From NCBI GenBank assembly GCA_965235115.1, contig OZ249445.1, positions 21,638,001-21,702,000 on the forward strand: a stretch of DNA of 64,000 bases. The letters run 5' to 3'. Shown one piece after another: positions 51,945-63,400 of the stretch; the first letter of the stretch is position 1, and each line of letters opens with the position of its first letter. The position numbers were made by a program, and so were the translations under genes. The DNA comes from Laetmonice hystrix (lineage: Eukaryota). Under the pieces are notes generated by a model that worked only from the letters and a program-made list of their open reading frames with translations, was not told the DNA's origin and made no database searches.

Positions 51945-52501
51945 TGTAAGCAACGGGAATTCACATGGATTCACAACTAACTGGTCCTTGGCTTGACTAC
52001 TTTTATTTTCCTAGCCTCAGCCTCAGAGTCTCCCCAGCAAACCGTCACTCGTACACAATGACTCGCTGACACGTACGGTACAAACTGTAAATAAAGCAAA
52101 AGATACTTGCTAGTCCAATATTTATAACCATTAGGCTAGACGTTCCCACTACATTAACCGAAACTCGAAACCAGAAGCCCCAAACACGTGGGGGCGATAA
52201 TAGGGTTATTATTGGAGACGGAGATATTTTAGAGGTTTGTGTCGAAGGAGAAGAAAAACCAGTACATATATATTAGACCCAAGAAGACATCAATACAAAC
52301 TTAGTTCAAAGAAACTCACTTCACTGGGTTCCCATGGGTGAACATTATTCTAGAGGCTAAACCCAAACTGTCGAGGACCACGCTAGTGCCGTCACAATCT
52401 CCGTGTTTTTTCTCCCCTCTCCTCACCAGAGGGCACCCCATATCCCTCGCTCACCAGAGGGCTCCACCAACTGGCTTGCCGCCTAGCAGTCAAACCTAAC
52501 A
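51945..52501 (-). repeat. LTR copy 7
   Basis: Same sequence as 374..930. Confidence 0.8.
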
Positions 52502-53040
52502 TTTCCCGGCCCCCAATGCCACTATAAGGGGCATTCCTAACTAATAATAAACAAACTGCTGCCCCACACTAAACGACAAAAGATTCACCTGACAAATACA
52601 TATGCCGGGTACCAAACCCATCAGGCAAAAAAAAACATCAAAAAGGTGGGACTGAACACTCGCAGAAACACTAGTTCTGCAATTCCACTGATATAGTCAA
52701 ATGTTCCAATGGTATATTCAAAAGGCTCCGCTGGTACAGTCAAAAGTTCCAATGGTATATTCAAAGGCTCCGCTGGTATAGTCAAATGTTCCAATGGTAT
52801 ATTCAGCAACTCCAAGAGTACACCAGTCAGCTTACGGAAAAGTTTCCATAGGTTCAGTAACACAAAGAGGCAAAGTCAACCTTGGTGCAAACCAGGTACA
52901 AAGGTATACAAAAAATCTAACCACAATGGCCAGTGCTGACAATAAATTCTCCCAGTGGTTGACATGACATAGGTGTACAGGAACAAACAATACTCCTGAT
53001 AATACAGTACTAAACGTTCCTGTTTGAAAACAGGTGTTCC

Positions 53041-56000
53041 TTAAGGAACAGGTGCTGCCTCAAGCAAGCACAGCTTGGTAATCGGTCGGTCATAGAGAGA
53101 CCCATTAAATCTGATCTGTGCAGAACGAACTCGGTTGTCTCGTCCGGGGTAGATCTGAGTAACCAGACCAAGAGGCCACCGGTACCGCGGCATGGCCTCA
53201 TGTCGAACCAACACCAGGTCTCCAACGCGGACATCCCTTTCAATGGTTGTCCACTTTTGTCGCTCCTGCAACAAAGGCAAGTACTCTTTGGTCCAACGTG
53301 ACCAAAACACATCGGCCAGGTACTGGACCTGGCGCCAACGGCGTCGATACAGATCTTGTTTGGCAGTCAAACAAGGTGGCAAGGTGGGCCCAGACCGCAG
53401 CAGCAGCAAATGGTTTGGGGTCAGAGGCGTGTCATCGTTGGGGTCGTCAGACAACTTGGTTATAGGTCTCCCATTTACTATGCTTTCTGTAACACAGAAT
53501 AGGGTGTTGAGGGAGTCATCGTCCAACCTTTGTTGTTGTAGGAGAGCTGTCAGAATGGCCCTCACGGTGCGGATTTGCCGCTCCCACACCCCTCCCATGT
53601 GGGAGGCCCCAGGAGGGTTGAACACCCACTGGACTTCCCTCTGCAGCAGAGCTTCACAGATCTTGCCTTGGTTCCACTCCTTAAGTGCCCTCCCCAACTC
53701 TGCCTTAGCCCCAACAAAGTTGGTGCCGTTGTCCGAGCGAATGACCTTGGGCTGACCCCGACGCGCCATAAACCGATGAAGGGCATTCAGATAGGCATCC
53801 GTGTCGAGAGAAGTAGCCACTTCCAAATGAACTGCGCGAGTTGTGAGGCAAGTAAACAGGCATCCATATCGCTTCACTTCGGTGCGCCCTCGTCTCACAA
53901 TGATTGGTCCAAAATAATCAACACCCACCATGCTGAAAGGAGGGTCTCCAGGTGTAACTCTGTCGGCAGGTAGGTCAGCCATCTGCTGCCTCATGGCACA
54001 TGCTCGTGCCCGTTTGCATGGGACACACTGTCCAATGACAGCTCGAACAACGGAACGTCCGCTTACAAGCCAATAACGAAGCCTTATCTCCGCTAGAACC
54101 CGCTCGACCCCAGCGTGTCCCAATTTGATGTGGTAATGGCCCACAATGAGCCGGGCCACGTGATGCTTGGCAGGCACAATCCAAGGATGCCTTCTGTCCT
54201 GTGGGAGGTCTGCTCTGGCAAGCCTGCCTCCTACACATAATACTCCCTCGGAAGAGAGAGTGGGTGCTAGTCTCTCATATCGGTTAGATCTCAGGGTGTC
54301 CTTACTGAGGGCTTGCCGCTGAATGTACCGCACTATCGCAGCTTCCGCAGCCCGCAGGTCAGCAGTAGTTAACCACCGGTGTTCATGAGCATCAGGTGCC
54401 TTGCACCGATTCCCAAGGTAGCCCACGAAACGCAACAACCAACCAACAGACTTGCACAAGCGGTACCATGAGGAATACTTGGCTAGCAGCTGGTCAATGA
54501 TAGACGCCTGGTGGTCCTCCGTGGCATACACCTGCGCATCCTTCTTCACTTCTGCTTCATCAGGTGGTAGGTTTCCCTTGACTGGAGAAACTGGCCAGGA
54601 GTCCTCAGTCCGGTAGAGGAACTCAGGCCCTATGAGCCAACGCTCAGAGTGGCATAGTTCAGTAGCGGTGAGACCACGGGAGCAATCATCAGCAGGGTTG
54701 TCTTCCGTCCTGACATGTCTCCATTGCGAGGGTTTGCTGATTTCCATGATTTGGGCCACGCGATTAGCCACAAAGGTCTGAAAACGCTTATCTTCATTGG
54801 CTAGGTACCACAGGACAATTGTGGAGTCTGTCCAAAAAACAGACCTCAACAGAGGGATTTCTAGGTCTTCCCTCAGCATACGGTCCAACTTGACCGCTTC
54901 CACGGCTGCCGTCAGCTCAAGCCTAGGAACAGTTGTAGTTTTCATAGGCGCTAGCTTGGCCTTTGCAGCCAGAAGACCCATGTGAATGACCTGGTCAACA
55001 TCCACAACACGCAAATAACTGACAGCTCCATAAGCTCCAGTCGACGCGTCGGCAAAGTGGTGCAATTGGGCTGATATCATGGGACGACTGGGCTTCAGAC
55101 AGCGAGGAACAGTGAAACTGGCAATGTTTGGCAAGTCTCCAAGCCACCGTGCCCATTGCAGAGACAGTCCGTCAGGCACACTTTCGTCCCAAGTGGTAGT
55201 CAAGCGGCAGGTTTCCTGGAAGATCAGCTTGGCCCGCAGGACGAACGGGCATACGAAACCCAAGGGATCGTATACCGAGCTAAGAGTGCTGAGAATTCCC
55301 CGTTTAGTAACAGGCTTCCTCGTTGGAGTGACGTCATAACCAAACACATCCTCCTCAAGCTTCTCAGTGCTCTCTCGGAGGGCAAGGATCCCCGGTCCAA
55401 GTCCAGGCTGGCAATACCTTTGGCGTGATCCTCCAGGGGGATAGTCTTGAGTAGTTCTCTTGAATTGCTGATCCATTTAGCGAGCCGAAACCCGCCCGTT
55501 TTTAGCAAACCACGAAGTTGTTGTGACAATCTGATGGCAGCAGGCAGTCCATCAACTGCTTTAAGACAGTCATCAACATAAAAGTTTCGTTGGACCGTCT
55601 TGATGGCTACATCATCAAACCGGTCCCTATTGTCATCTGCACATTTTCTGAGTGCATAATTTGCCGCACTGGGTGACCACACGCCACCAAACAAATGCGC
55701 TGTCATCCTGTATGTGGCAGGTTCCTGGTTCGGGTCGTCATTCTGCCACCAGAGGAAACGGAGCATATCACGGTCTTGGGGTGTGACTCTAACCTGGTGG
55801 AACATGGATTCCACATCAGCCATGAATGCCACGGGCTCCTGCCTAAATCTTATCAAGACGCCGACTAACTTGTTGGTGAGATCAGGACCCTGATGCACTT
55901 TATCGTTTAGGGAGACTCCTCGGAACTTTGCCGCACAATCAAACACGACGCGGACTTTCTCCGGCTTCCGGGGGCGAGTTACTGCGTGATGGGGAATGTA

Positions 56001-58070
56001 GTTGACATAGCCATCAATTTCGTCATTTGAGCCGGGCGAGACTGGCTCTGCATACCCCTTCGCGACCAGTTCCCTTATCTGAGTGGTATACAAAGCTCTG
56101 AGATCCTCGTCTCGAGTTAGGCGCCTGCCTAGCAACTTGAGTCTATGTTCGGCCATAGGTCGGTTGTCTGGCATGCATGGGGGTCTGTGTTTGAAGGGGA
56201 TTCCAAAGGTGTAGTGACCATCACTCAAACAAGCAGTATTGTCCCACTCCTCAAGAACTCTCCGATCAGCTACTGATTGGGGCGTGACTGAGTTTCCCAT
56301 ATCCTCCAGTTCCCAGAAGCGGCCGACCTGTTGCTCTAGGGCTACAAAGCACGAGTAGACTGTATGGCTCCTGGCATCTCCAATTGGTCCATTTATGGTC
56401 CATCCCAAGAGGGTTCTTGAAGCGTAGGGTTCGCCCGGTCCACCTGAACGGAGTTCCAAGGGCATGAGGGCCTGTGGTACGTCGTTACCGATTATCAAAT
56501 GCACTTCGTTTGAATTGGTGTTTGGAATCTCTATGCCATCAAAGTGTTTCCACTTCCCGAGTTCCTTATCCGACACCAAGCTGGTCAGCCCAACATAGAT
56601 ATTTGGACGGACGTAAACTGTCCTCAGATCGATAATCGATTGTTCCTCCAGATCAGATGCCTGGAGCCGTATCGACGTGGTCTGAAGCTTTTCCTTCCCG
56701 CTTAGGGTCATTAAATCCAGGGTTTCACACCTTCGGGCCGCCCCGAGCCTGTCAGCCAGGTGATTAGAACAGAAAGTGGCGGTACTCCCTGGATCCAGAA
56801 GTGCATAGGTATCCACATAGGCTGGCGACTGTAGGCCACGGACTCTAACAGGTACAATAGGCAAGGCAATCTTGCCTTCACGGGCCCCAGCAAAGCTACA
56901 ACTGACTGTCTGGGATGTGCTAGCGGAGGTCTGAGCTCTTGAAACGGCTGGTGTCGCTGCAGGGAGGACAGTGGAATCACCTGTGGTTGATTGATTTGCA
57001 GTCTGCACATCTGCAGTCCTATTGGCATTTTCCCACCTCAGGTGCAAGAAACGGCTGTGTTTAAGGTTGCACCCATCAATTCCGCAAACAAATGACCGAG
57101 GACAATCTCTACCAAAATGACCTACATTGAAGCAGTTCATACAACGACCTGTTGATCGCACTAGACCAATACGATCCTTGATCCTCATGGCTTTGAAAGC
57201 AGGGCATGCAACAATGGAGTGTTGATCACCACAACACCAGCAGAGGACTCTGGAGCCTGGATCCTGGGCTTGAGGGGCCATAGTAGCACCACCTGGCGCT
57301 TGGAGTGATGCTTGCACTGCAAAGCTTCCCTTGTTTCGCTGCTTCATGTCGACTTTCTTCTCAGAAGGCTTCCTCTCAGAGGTCAGATCAGCCAGTGCAC
57401 CAAACACAGGATCGGAAACCTCGCTTGCTGCCAACTCAATGAACTTCACCACATCCTCCAAACTAGGCCTTCTGTGACGCTTTATCTCCTGGTTCTTGGA
57501 TAACCAACGTGTTCTCAGGCGTTGCGGGAGCTTCTCGAGAATGGTCCTTAAATTTTGTGCACTTTCCAACTCGTGAAGATATCCCATCGTTTCCAGGGTT
57601 TCCTTGCAGCAGCGTAACACATCTGCATACTCTTGGAGGCCAACATTGCCTGTCAACTGCGAATGATTACAGATCCTTTCAATCCAAGCCTGCGAGATTA
57701 TATTTTCATCCCCAAACCGCTCTTTCAAGAGTTTTCTGGCAAGGCGATATCCATCAGGAGGTGGGAGTACTTCACAACACTGGAGCAAGTTGCGAGCCTT
57801 GCCTGTGCAATATTGTAACAGAGCATTAAGTTTGACGCCATCACTAATAGTGTCTCTCTCCAAGGTGTGATCAAACCGCCTGATAAACGACCAATACTGT
57901 AACGGATTTCCATCAAAGTAGGTCAATTCTGACTTTGGCAACTGCAGACTTTCCACCAAGGATTGGTGTTGCCGCTGTGTGGCGTCGAGCATGCTGTACA
58001 AGACATGTGAGACATCAGGAGATCCCTGGGGCCCTATTGCAGATGGGTCCCATGAACGGTGTGACCTCAT
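53041..58070 (-). pseudogene. pol: ORF2 of unit 8, frameshifted by the -10 bp indel (fragments 55224..58070 and 53041..55476)
   Basis: Same junction aagcttctcagtgct as units 4 and 5. Confidence 0.93.
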
Positions 58071-59266
58071 TGGGTCATCAGTGGAACTGGTGTGTGGGCT
58101 TGACGGCTGCCCCCCTGGGAGTGCCTCGTGGCAGACATAGGTGTAGAGGAAGTGAGGTCCTCTCCCCTGGGGTTCCCGTCTGGTTTCTTATTCGTGGAAC
58201 TTGGGTTTGGGTTTGACGGCCAGCCCCCCTGGGAGTACCTCGGGGCAGACATAGGTGTAGATGAAATGAGGTCATCTCCCCTGGGGTTCCCGTCTGGTTT
58301 CTTATCCGTGGAACTTGGGTTTGGGTTTGACGGCCAGCCCCCCTGGGAGTACCTCGGGGCAGACATAGGTGTAGATGAAATGAGGTCATCTCCCCTGGGG
58401 TTCCCGTCAGGTTTCTTATCCATGGAACTGGGTTTTGGGTTTGACGGCCAGCCCCCCTGGGAGTACCTCGGTGCAGACATAGGTGTAGAGGAAGTGAGAT
58501 CATCTCCCCTGGGGTTCCCGTCAGGTTTCTTATCCATGGAACTGAGTTTTGGGTTTGACGGCCAGCCCCCCTGGGAGTACCTCGGGGCAGACATAGGTGT
58601 AGAGGAAGTGAGGTCATCTCCCCTGGGGTTCCCGTCAGGTTTCTCTTCATCCCACTCATCCAGTTCTCGATGCATCCTTTGCAGTTCCAAATAACGTTCC
58701 CTTTGTTCCTGCTTGAATTGTATCTCCAGCTTAATTCTCTCTCGTTTCAACTTGCTCTCCCGTTCCATTAGCTCCCGCTTTAATTCGTAATCCCGGATCA
58801 TCAGGTCTTCACGAACGCGCAGCTCATTCAGTTGTGCCTCGCTGTGCCGCACAGACTGTTCCAGGTCGGTCTCGGTATCCTCGGGTTCAGTCTCTTTTGC
58901 TGTATCAGCTACAACATCAACAGGTGTGGTCAGCACACCTCCATCATCCCCTTGTCCATCTTTAGTGTCCTCAATCCAGAGGTTGAGGGATTCACGAAAC
59001 TGATCAAACATGAACTTGGCTTCTTTGAGGTAATTGTTTGAACTCTCAATCTCCTTCGTTTCAGTCAGCACTCCATGGTACTCATTTTGTGCGTCCACAA
59101 ATCGCCGGTATGCACTGTCAAACTCGTCTGCCAAGGCTGTGACCTGAGGGAGATTCTGTTTTGATTCCATAAGGTTATCGGCCCGAGTTGTTAAGCGGGT
59201 GACTGCAGCCTTTGCTATTCCTCTCCTTTTCCTTAACGGCTCTTGGACATTTTCTTTAGCTGCCAT
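58067..59266 (-). CDS. gag: ORF1 Gag N-terminal region, unit 8
   Basis: 399-aa copy. Confidence 0.85.
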   Translation of the reverse strand: MAAKENVQEPLRKRRGIAKAAVTRLTTRADNLMESKQNLPQVTALADEFDSAYRRFVDAQNEYHGVLTETKEIESSNNYLKEAKFMFDQFRESLNLWIEDTKDGQGDDGGVLTTPVDVVADTAKETEPEDTETDLEQSVRHSEAQLNELRVREDLMIRDYELKRELMERESKLKRERIKLEIQFKQEQRERYLELQRMHRELDEWDEEKPDGNPRGDDLTSSTPMSAPRYSQGGWPSNPKLSSMDKKPDGNPRGDDLTSSTPMSAPRYSQGGWPSNPKPSSMDKKPDGNPRGDDLISSTPMSAPRYSQGGWPSNPNPSSTDKKPDGNPRGDDLISSTPMSAPRYSQGGWPSNPNPSSTNKKPDGNPRGEDLTSSTPMSATRHSQGGSRQAHTPVPLMTQ

Positions 59267-59304
59267 GGCTGGTTTTGATCCTTGGGTAGTGAATTTGTAC
59301 TTAA

Positions 59305-59861
59305 TGTAAGCAACGGGAATTCACATGGATTCACAACTAACTGGTCCTTGGCTTGACTACTTTTATTTTCCTAGCCTCAGCCTCAGAGTCTCCCCAGCAA
59401 ACCGTCACTCGTACACAATGACTCGCTGACACGTACGGTACAAACTGTAAATAAAGCAAAAGATACTTGCTAGTCCAATATTTATAACCATTAGGCTAGA
59501 CGTTCCCACTACATTAACCGAAACTCGAAACCAGAAGCCCCAAACACGTGGGGGCGATAATAGGGTTATTATTGGAGACGGAGATATTTTAGAGGTTTGT
59601 GTCGAAGGAGAAGAAAAACCAGTACATATATATTAGACCCAAGAAGACATCAATACAAACTTAGTTCAAAGAAACTCACTTCACTGGGTTCCCATGGGTG
59701 AACATTATTCTAGAGGCTAAACCCAAACTGTCGAGGACCACGCTAGTGCCGTCACAATCTCCGTGTTTTTTCTCCCCTCTCCTCACCAGAGGGCACCCCA
59801 TATCCCTCGCTCACCAGAGGGCTCCACCAACTGGCTTGCCGCCTAGCAGTCAAACCTAACA
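59305..59861 (-). repeat. LTR copy 8
   Basis: Same sequence as 374..930. Confidence 0.8.
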
Positions 59862-60400
59862 TTTCCCGGCCCCCAATGCCACTATAAGGGGCATTCCTAA
59901 CTAATAATAAACAAACTGCTGCCCCACACTAAACGACAAAAGATTCACCTGACAAATACATATGCCGGGTACCAAACCCATCAGGCAAAAAAAAACATCA
60001 AAAAGGTGGGACTGAACACTCGCAGAAACACTAGTTCTGCAATTCCACTGATATAGTCAAATGTTCCAATGGTATATTCAAAAGGCTCCGCTGGTACAGT
60101 CAAAAGTTCCAATGGTATATTCAAAGGCTCCGCTGGTATAGTCAAATGTTCCAATGGTATATTCAGCAACTCCAAGAGTACACCAGTCAGCTTACGGAAA
60201 AGTTTCCATAGGTTCAGTAACACAAAGAGGCAAAGTCAACCTTGGTGCAAACCAGGTACAAAGGTATACAAAAAATCTAACCACAATGGCCAGTGCTGAC
60301 AATAAATTCTCCCAGTGGTTGACATGACATAGGTGTACAGGAACAAACAATACTCCTGATAATACAGTACTAAACGTTCCTGTTTGAAAACAGGTGTTCC

Positions 60401-63400
60401 TTAAGGAACAGGTGCTGCCTCAAGCAAGCACAGCTTGGTAATCGGTCGGTCATAGAGAGACCCATTAAATCTGATCTGTGCAGAACGAACTCGGTTGTCT
60501 CGTCCGGGGTAGATCTGAGTAACCAGACCAAGAGGCCACCGGTACCGCGGCATGGCCTCATGTCGAACCAACACCAGGTCTCCAACGCGGACATCCCTTT
60601 CAATGGTTGTCCACTTTTGTCGCTCCTGCAACAAAGGCAAGTACTCTTTGGTCCAACGTGACCAAAACACATCGGCCAGGTACTGGACCTGGCGCCAACG
60701 GCGTCGATACAGATCTTGTTTGGCAGTCAAACAAGGTGGCAAGGTGGGCCCAGACCGCAGCAGCAGCAAATGGTTTGGGGTCAGAGGCGTGTCATCGTTG
60801 GGGTCGTCAGACAACTTGGTTATAGGTCTCCCATTTACTATGCTTTCTGTAACACAGAATAGGGTGTTGAGGGAGTCATCGTCCAACCTTTGTTGTTGTA
60901 GGAGAGCTGTCAGAATGGCCCTCACGGTGCGGATTTGCCGCTCCCACACCCCTCCCATGTGGGAGGCCCCAGGAGGGTTGAACACCCACTGGACTTCCCT
61001 CTGCAGCAGAGCTTCACAGATCTTGCCTTGGTTCCACTCCTTAAGTGCCCTCCCCAACTCTGCCTTAGCCCCAACAAAGTTGGTGCCGTTGTCCGAGCGA
61101 ATGACCTTGGGCTGACCCCGACGCGCCATAAACCGATGAAGGGCATTCAGATAGGCATCCGTGTCGAGAGAAGTAGCCACTTCCAAATGAACTGCGCGAG
61201 TTGTGAGGCAAGTAAACAGGCATCCATATCGCTTCACTTCGGTGCGCCCTCGTCTCACAATGATTGGTCCAAAATAATCAACACCCACCATGCTGAAAGG
61301 AGGGTCTCCAGGTGTAACTCTGTCGGCAGGTAGGTCAGCCATCTGCTGCCTCATGGCACATGCTCGTGCCCGTTTGCATGGGACACACTGTCCAATGACA
61401 GCTCGAACAACGGAACGTCCGCTTACAAGCCAATAACGAAGCCTTATCTCCGCTAGAACCCGCTCGACCCCAGCGTGTCCCAATTTGATGTGGTAATGGC
61501 CCACAATGAGCCGGGCCACGTGATGCTTGGCAGGCACAATCCAAGGATGCCTTCTGTCCTGTGGGAGGTCTGCTCTGGCAAGCCTGCCTCCTACACATAA
61601 TACTCCCTCGGAAGAGAGAGTGGGTGCTAGTCTCTCATATCGGTTAGATCTCAGGGTGTCCTTACTGAGGGCTTGCCGCTGAATGTACCGCACTATCGCA
61701 GCTTCCGCAGCCCGCAGGTCAGCAGTAGTTAACCACCGGTGTTCATGAGCATCAGGTGCCTTGCACCGATTCCCAAGGTAGCCCACGAAACGCAACAACC
61801 AACCAACAGACTTGCACAAGCGGTACCATGAGGAATACTTGGCTAGCAGCTGGTCAATGATAGACGCCTGGTGGTCCTCCGTGGCATACACCTGCGCATC
61901 CTTCTTCACTTCTGCTTCATCAGGTGGTAGGTTTCCCTTGACTGGAGAAACTGGCCAGGAGTCCTCAGTCCGGTAGAGGAACTCAGGCCCTATGAGCCAA
62001 CGCTCAGAGTGGCATAGTTCCCATAGCGGTGAGACCACGGGAGCAATCATCAGCAGGGTTGTCTTCCGTCCTGACATGTCTCCATTGCGAGGGTTTGCTG
62101 ATTTCCATGATTTGGGCCACGCGATTAGCCACAAAGGTCTGAAAACGCTTATCTTCATTGGCTAGGTACCACAGGACAATTGTGGAGTCTGTCCAAAAAA
62201 CAGACCTCAACAGAGGGATTTCTAGGTCTTCCCTCAGCATACGGTCCAACTTGACCGCTTCCACGGCTGCCGTCAGCTCAAGCCTAGGAACAGTTGTAGT
62301 TTTCATAGGCGCTAGCTTGGCCTTTGCAGCCAGAAGACCCATGTGAATGACCTGGTCAACATCCACAACACGCAAATAACTGACAGCTCCATAAGCTCCA
62401 GTCGACGCGTCGGCAAAGTGGTGCAATTGGGCTGATATCGTGGGACGACTGGGCTTCAGACAGCGAGGAACAGTGAAACTGGCAATGTTTGGCAAGTCTC
62501 CAAGCCACCGTGCCCATTGCAGAGACAGTCCGTCAGGCACACTTTCGTCCCAAGTGGTAGTCAAGCGGCAGGTTTCCTGGAAGATCAGCTTGGCCCGCAG
62601 GACGAACGGGCATACGAAACCCAAGGGATCGTATACCGAGCTAAGAGTGCTGAGAATTCCCCGTTTAGTAACAGGCTTCCTCATTGGAGTGACGTCATAA
62701 CCAAACACATCCTCCTCAAGCTTCCATAGCACTCCCAGTGCTCTCTCGGAGGGCAAGGATCCCCGGTCCAAGTCCAGGCTGGCAATACCTTTGGCGTGAT
62801 CCTCCAGGGGGATAGTCTTGAGTAGTTCTCTTGAATTGCTGATCCATTTAGCGAGCCGAAACCCGCCCGTTTTTAGCAAACCACGAAGTTGTTGTGACAA
62901 TCTGATGGCAGCAGGCAGTCCATCAACTGCTTTAAGACAGTCATCAACATAAAAGTTTCGTTGGACCGTCTTGATGGCTACATCATCAAACCGGTCCCTA
63001 TTGTCATCTGCACATTTTCTGAGCGCATAATTTGCCGCACTGGGTGACCACACGCCACCAAACAAATGCGCTGTCATCCTGTATGTGGCAGGTTCCTGGT
63101 TCGGGTCGTCATTCTGCCACCAGAGGAAACGGAGCATATCACGGTCTTGGGGTGTGACTCTAACCTGGTGGAACATGGATTCCACATCAGCCATGAATGC
63201 CACGGGCTCCTGCCTAAATCTTATCAAGACGCCGACTAACTTGTTGGTGAGATCAGGACCCTGATGCACTTTATCGTTTAGGGAGACTCCTCGGAACTTT
63301 GCCGCACAATCAAACACGACGCGGACTTTCTCCGGCTTCCGGGGGTGAGTTACTGCGTGATGGGGAATGTAGTTGACATAGCCATCAATTTCGTCATTTG

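Larger units (their letters stand above)
44575..52501 (-). mobile_element. Bel/Pao unit 7
   Basis: 7370-bp unit; ORF2 intact; matches the majority allele at every variable site I found. Confidence 0.93.
51945..59861 (-). mobile_element. Bel/Pao unit 8 (defective pol)
   Basis: 7360-bp unit with the -10 bp indel at ~55364. Confidence 0.93.
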
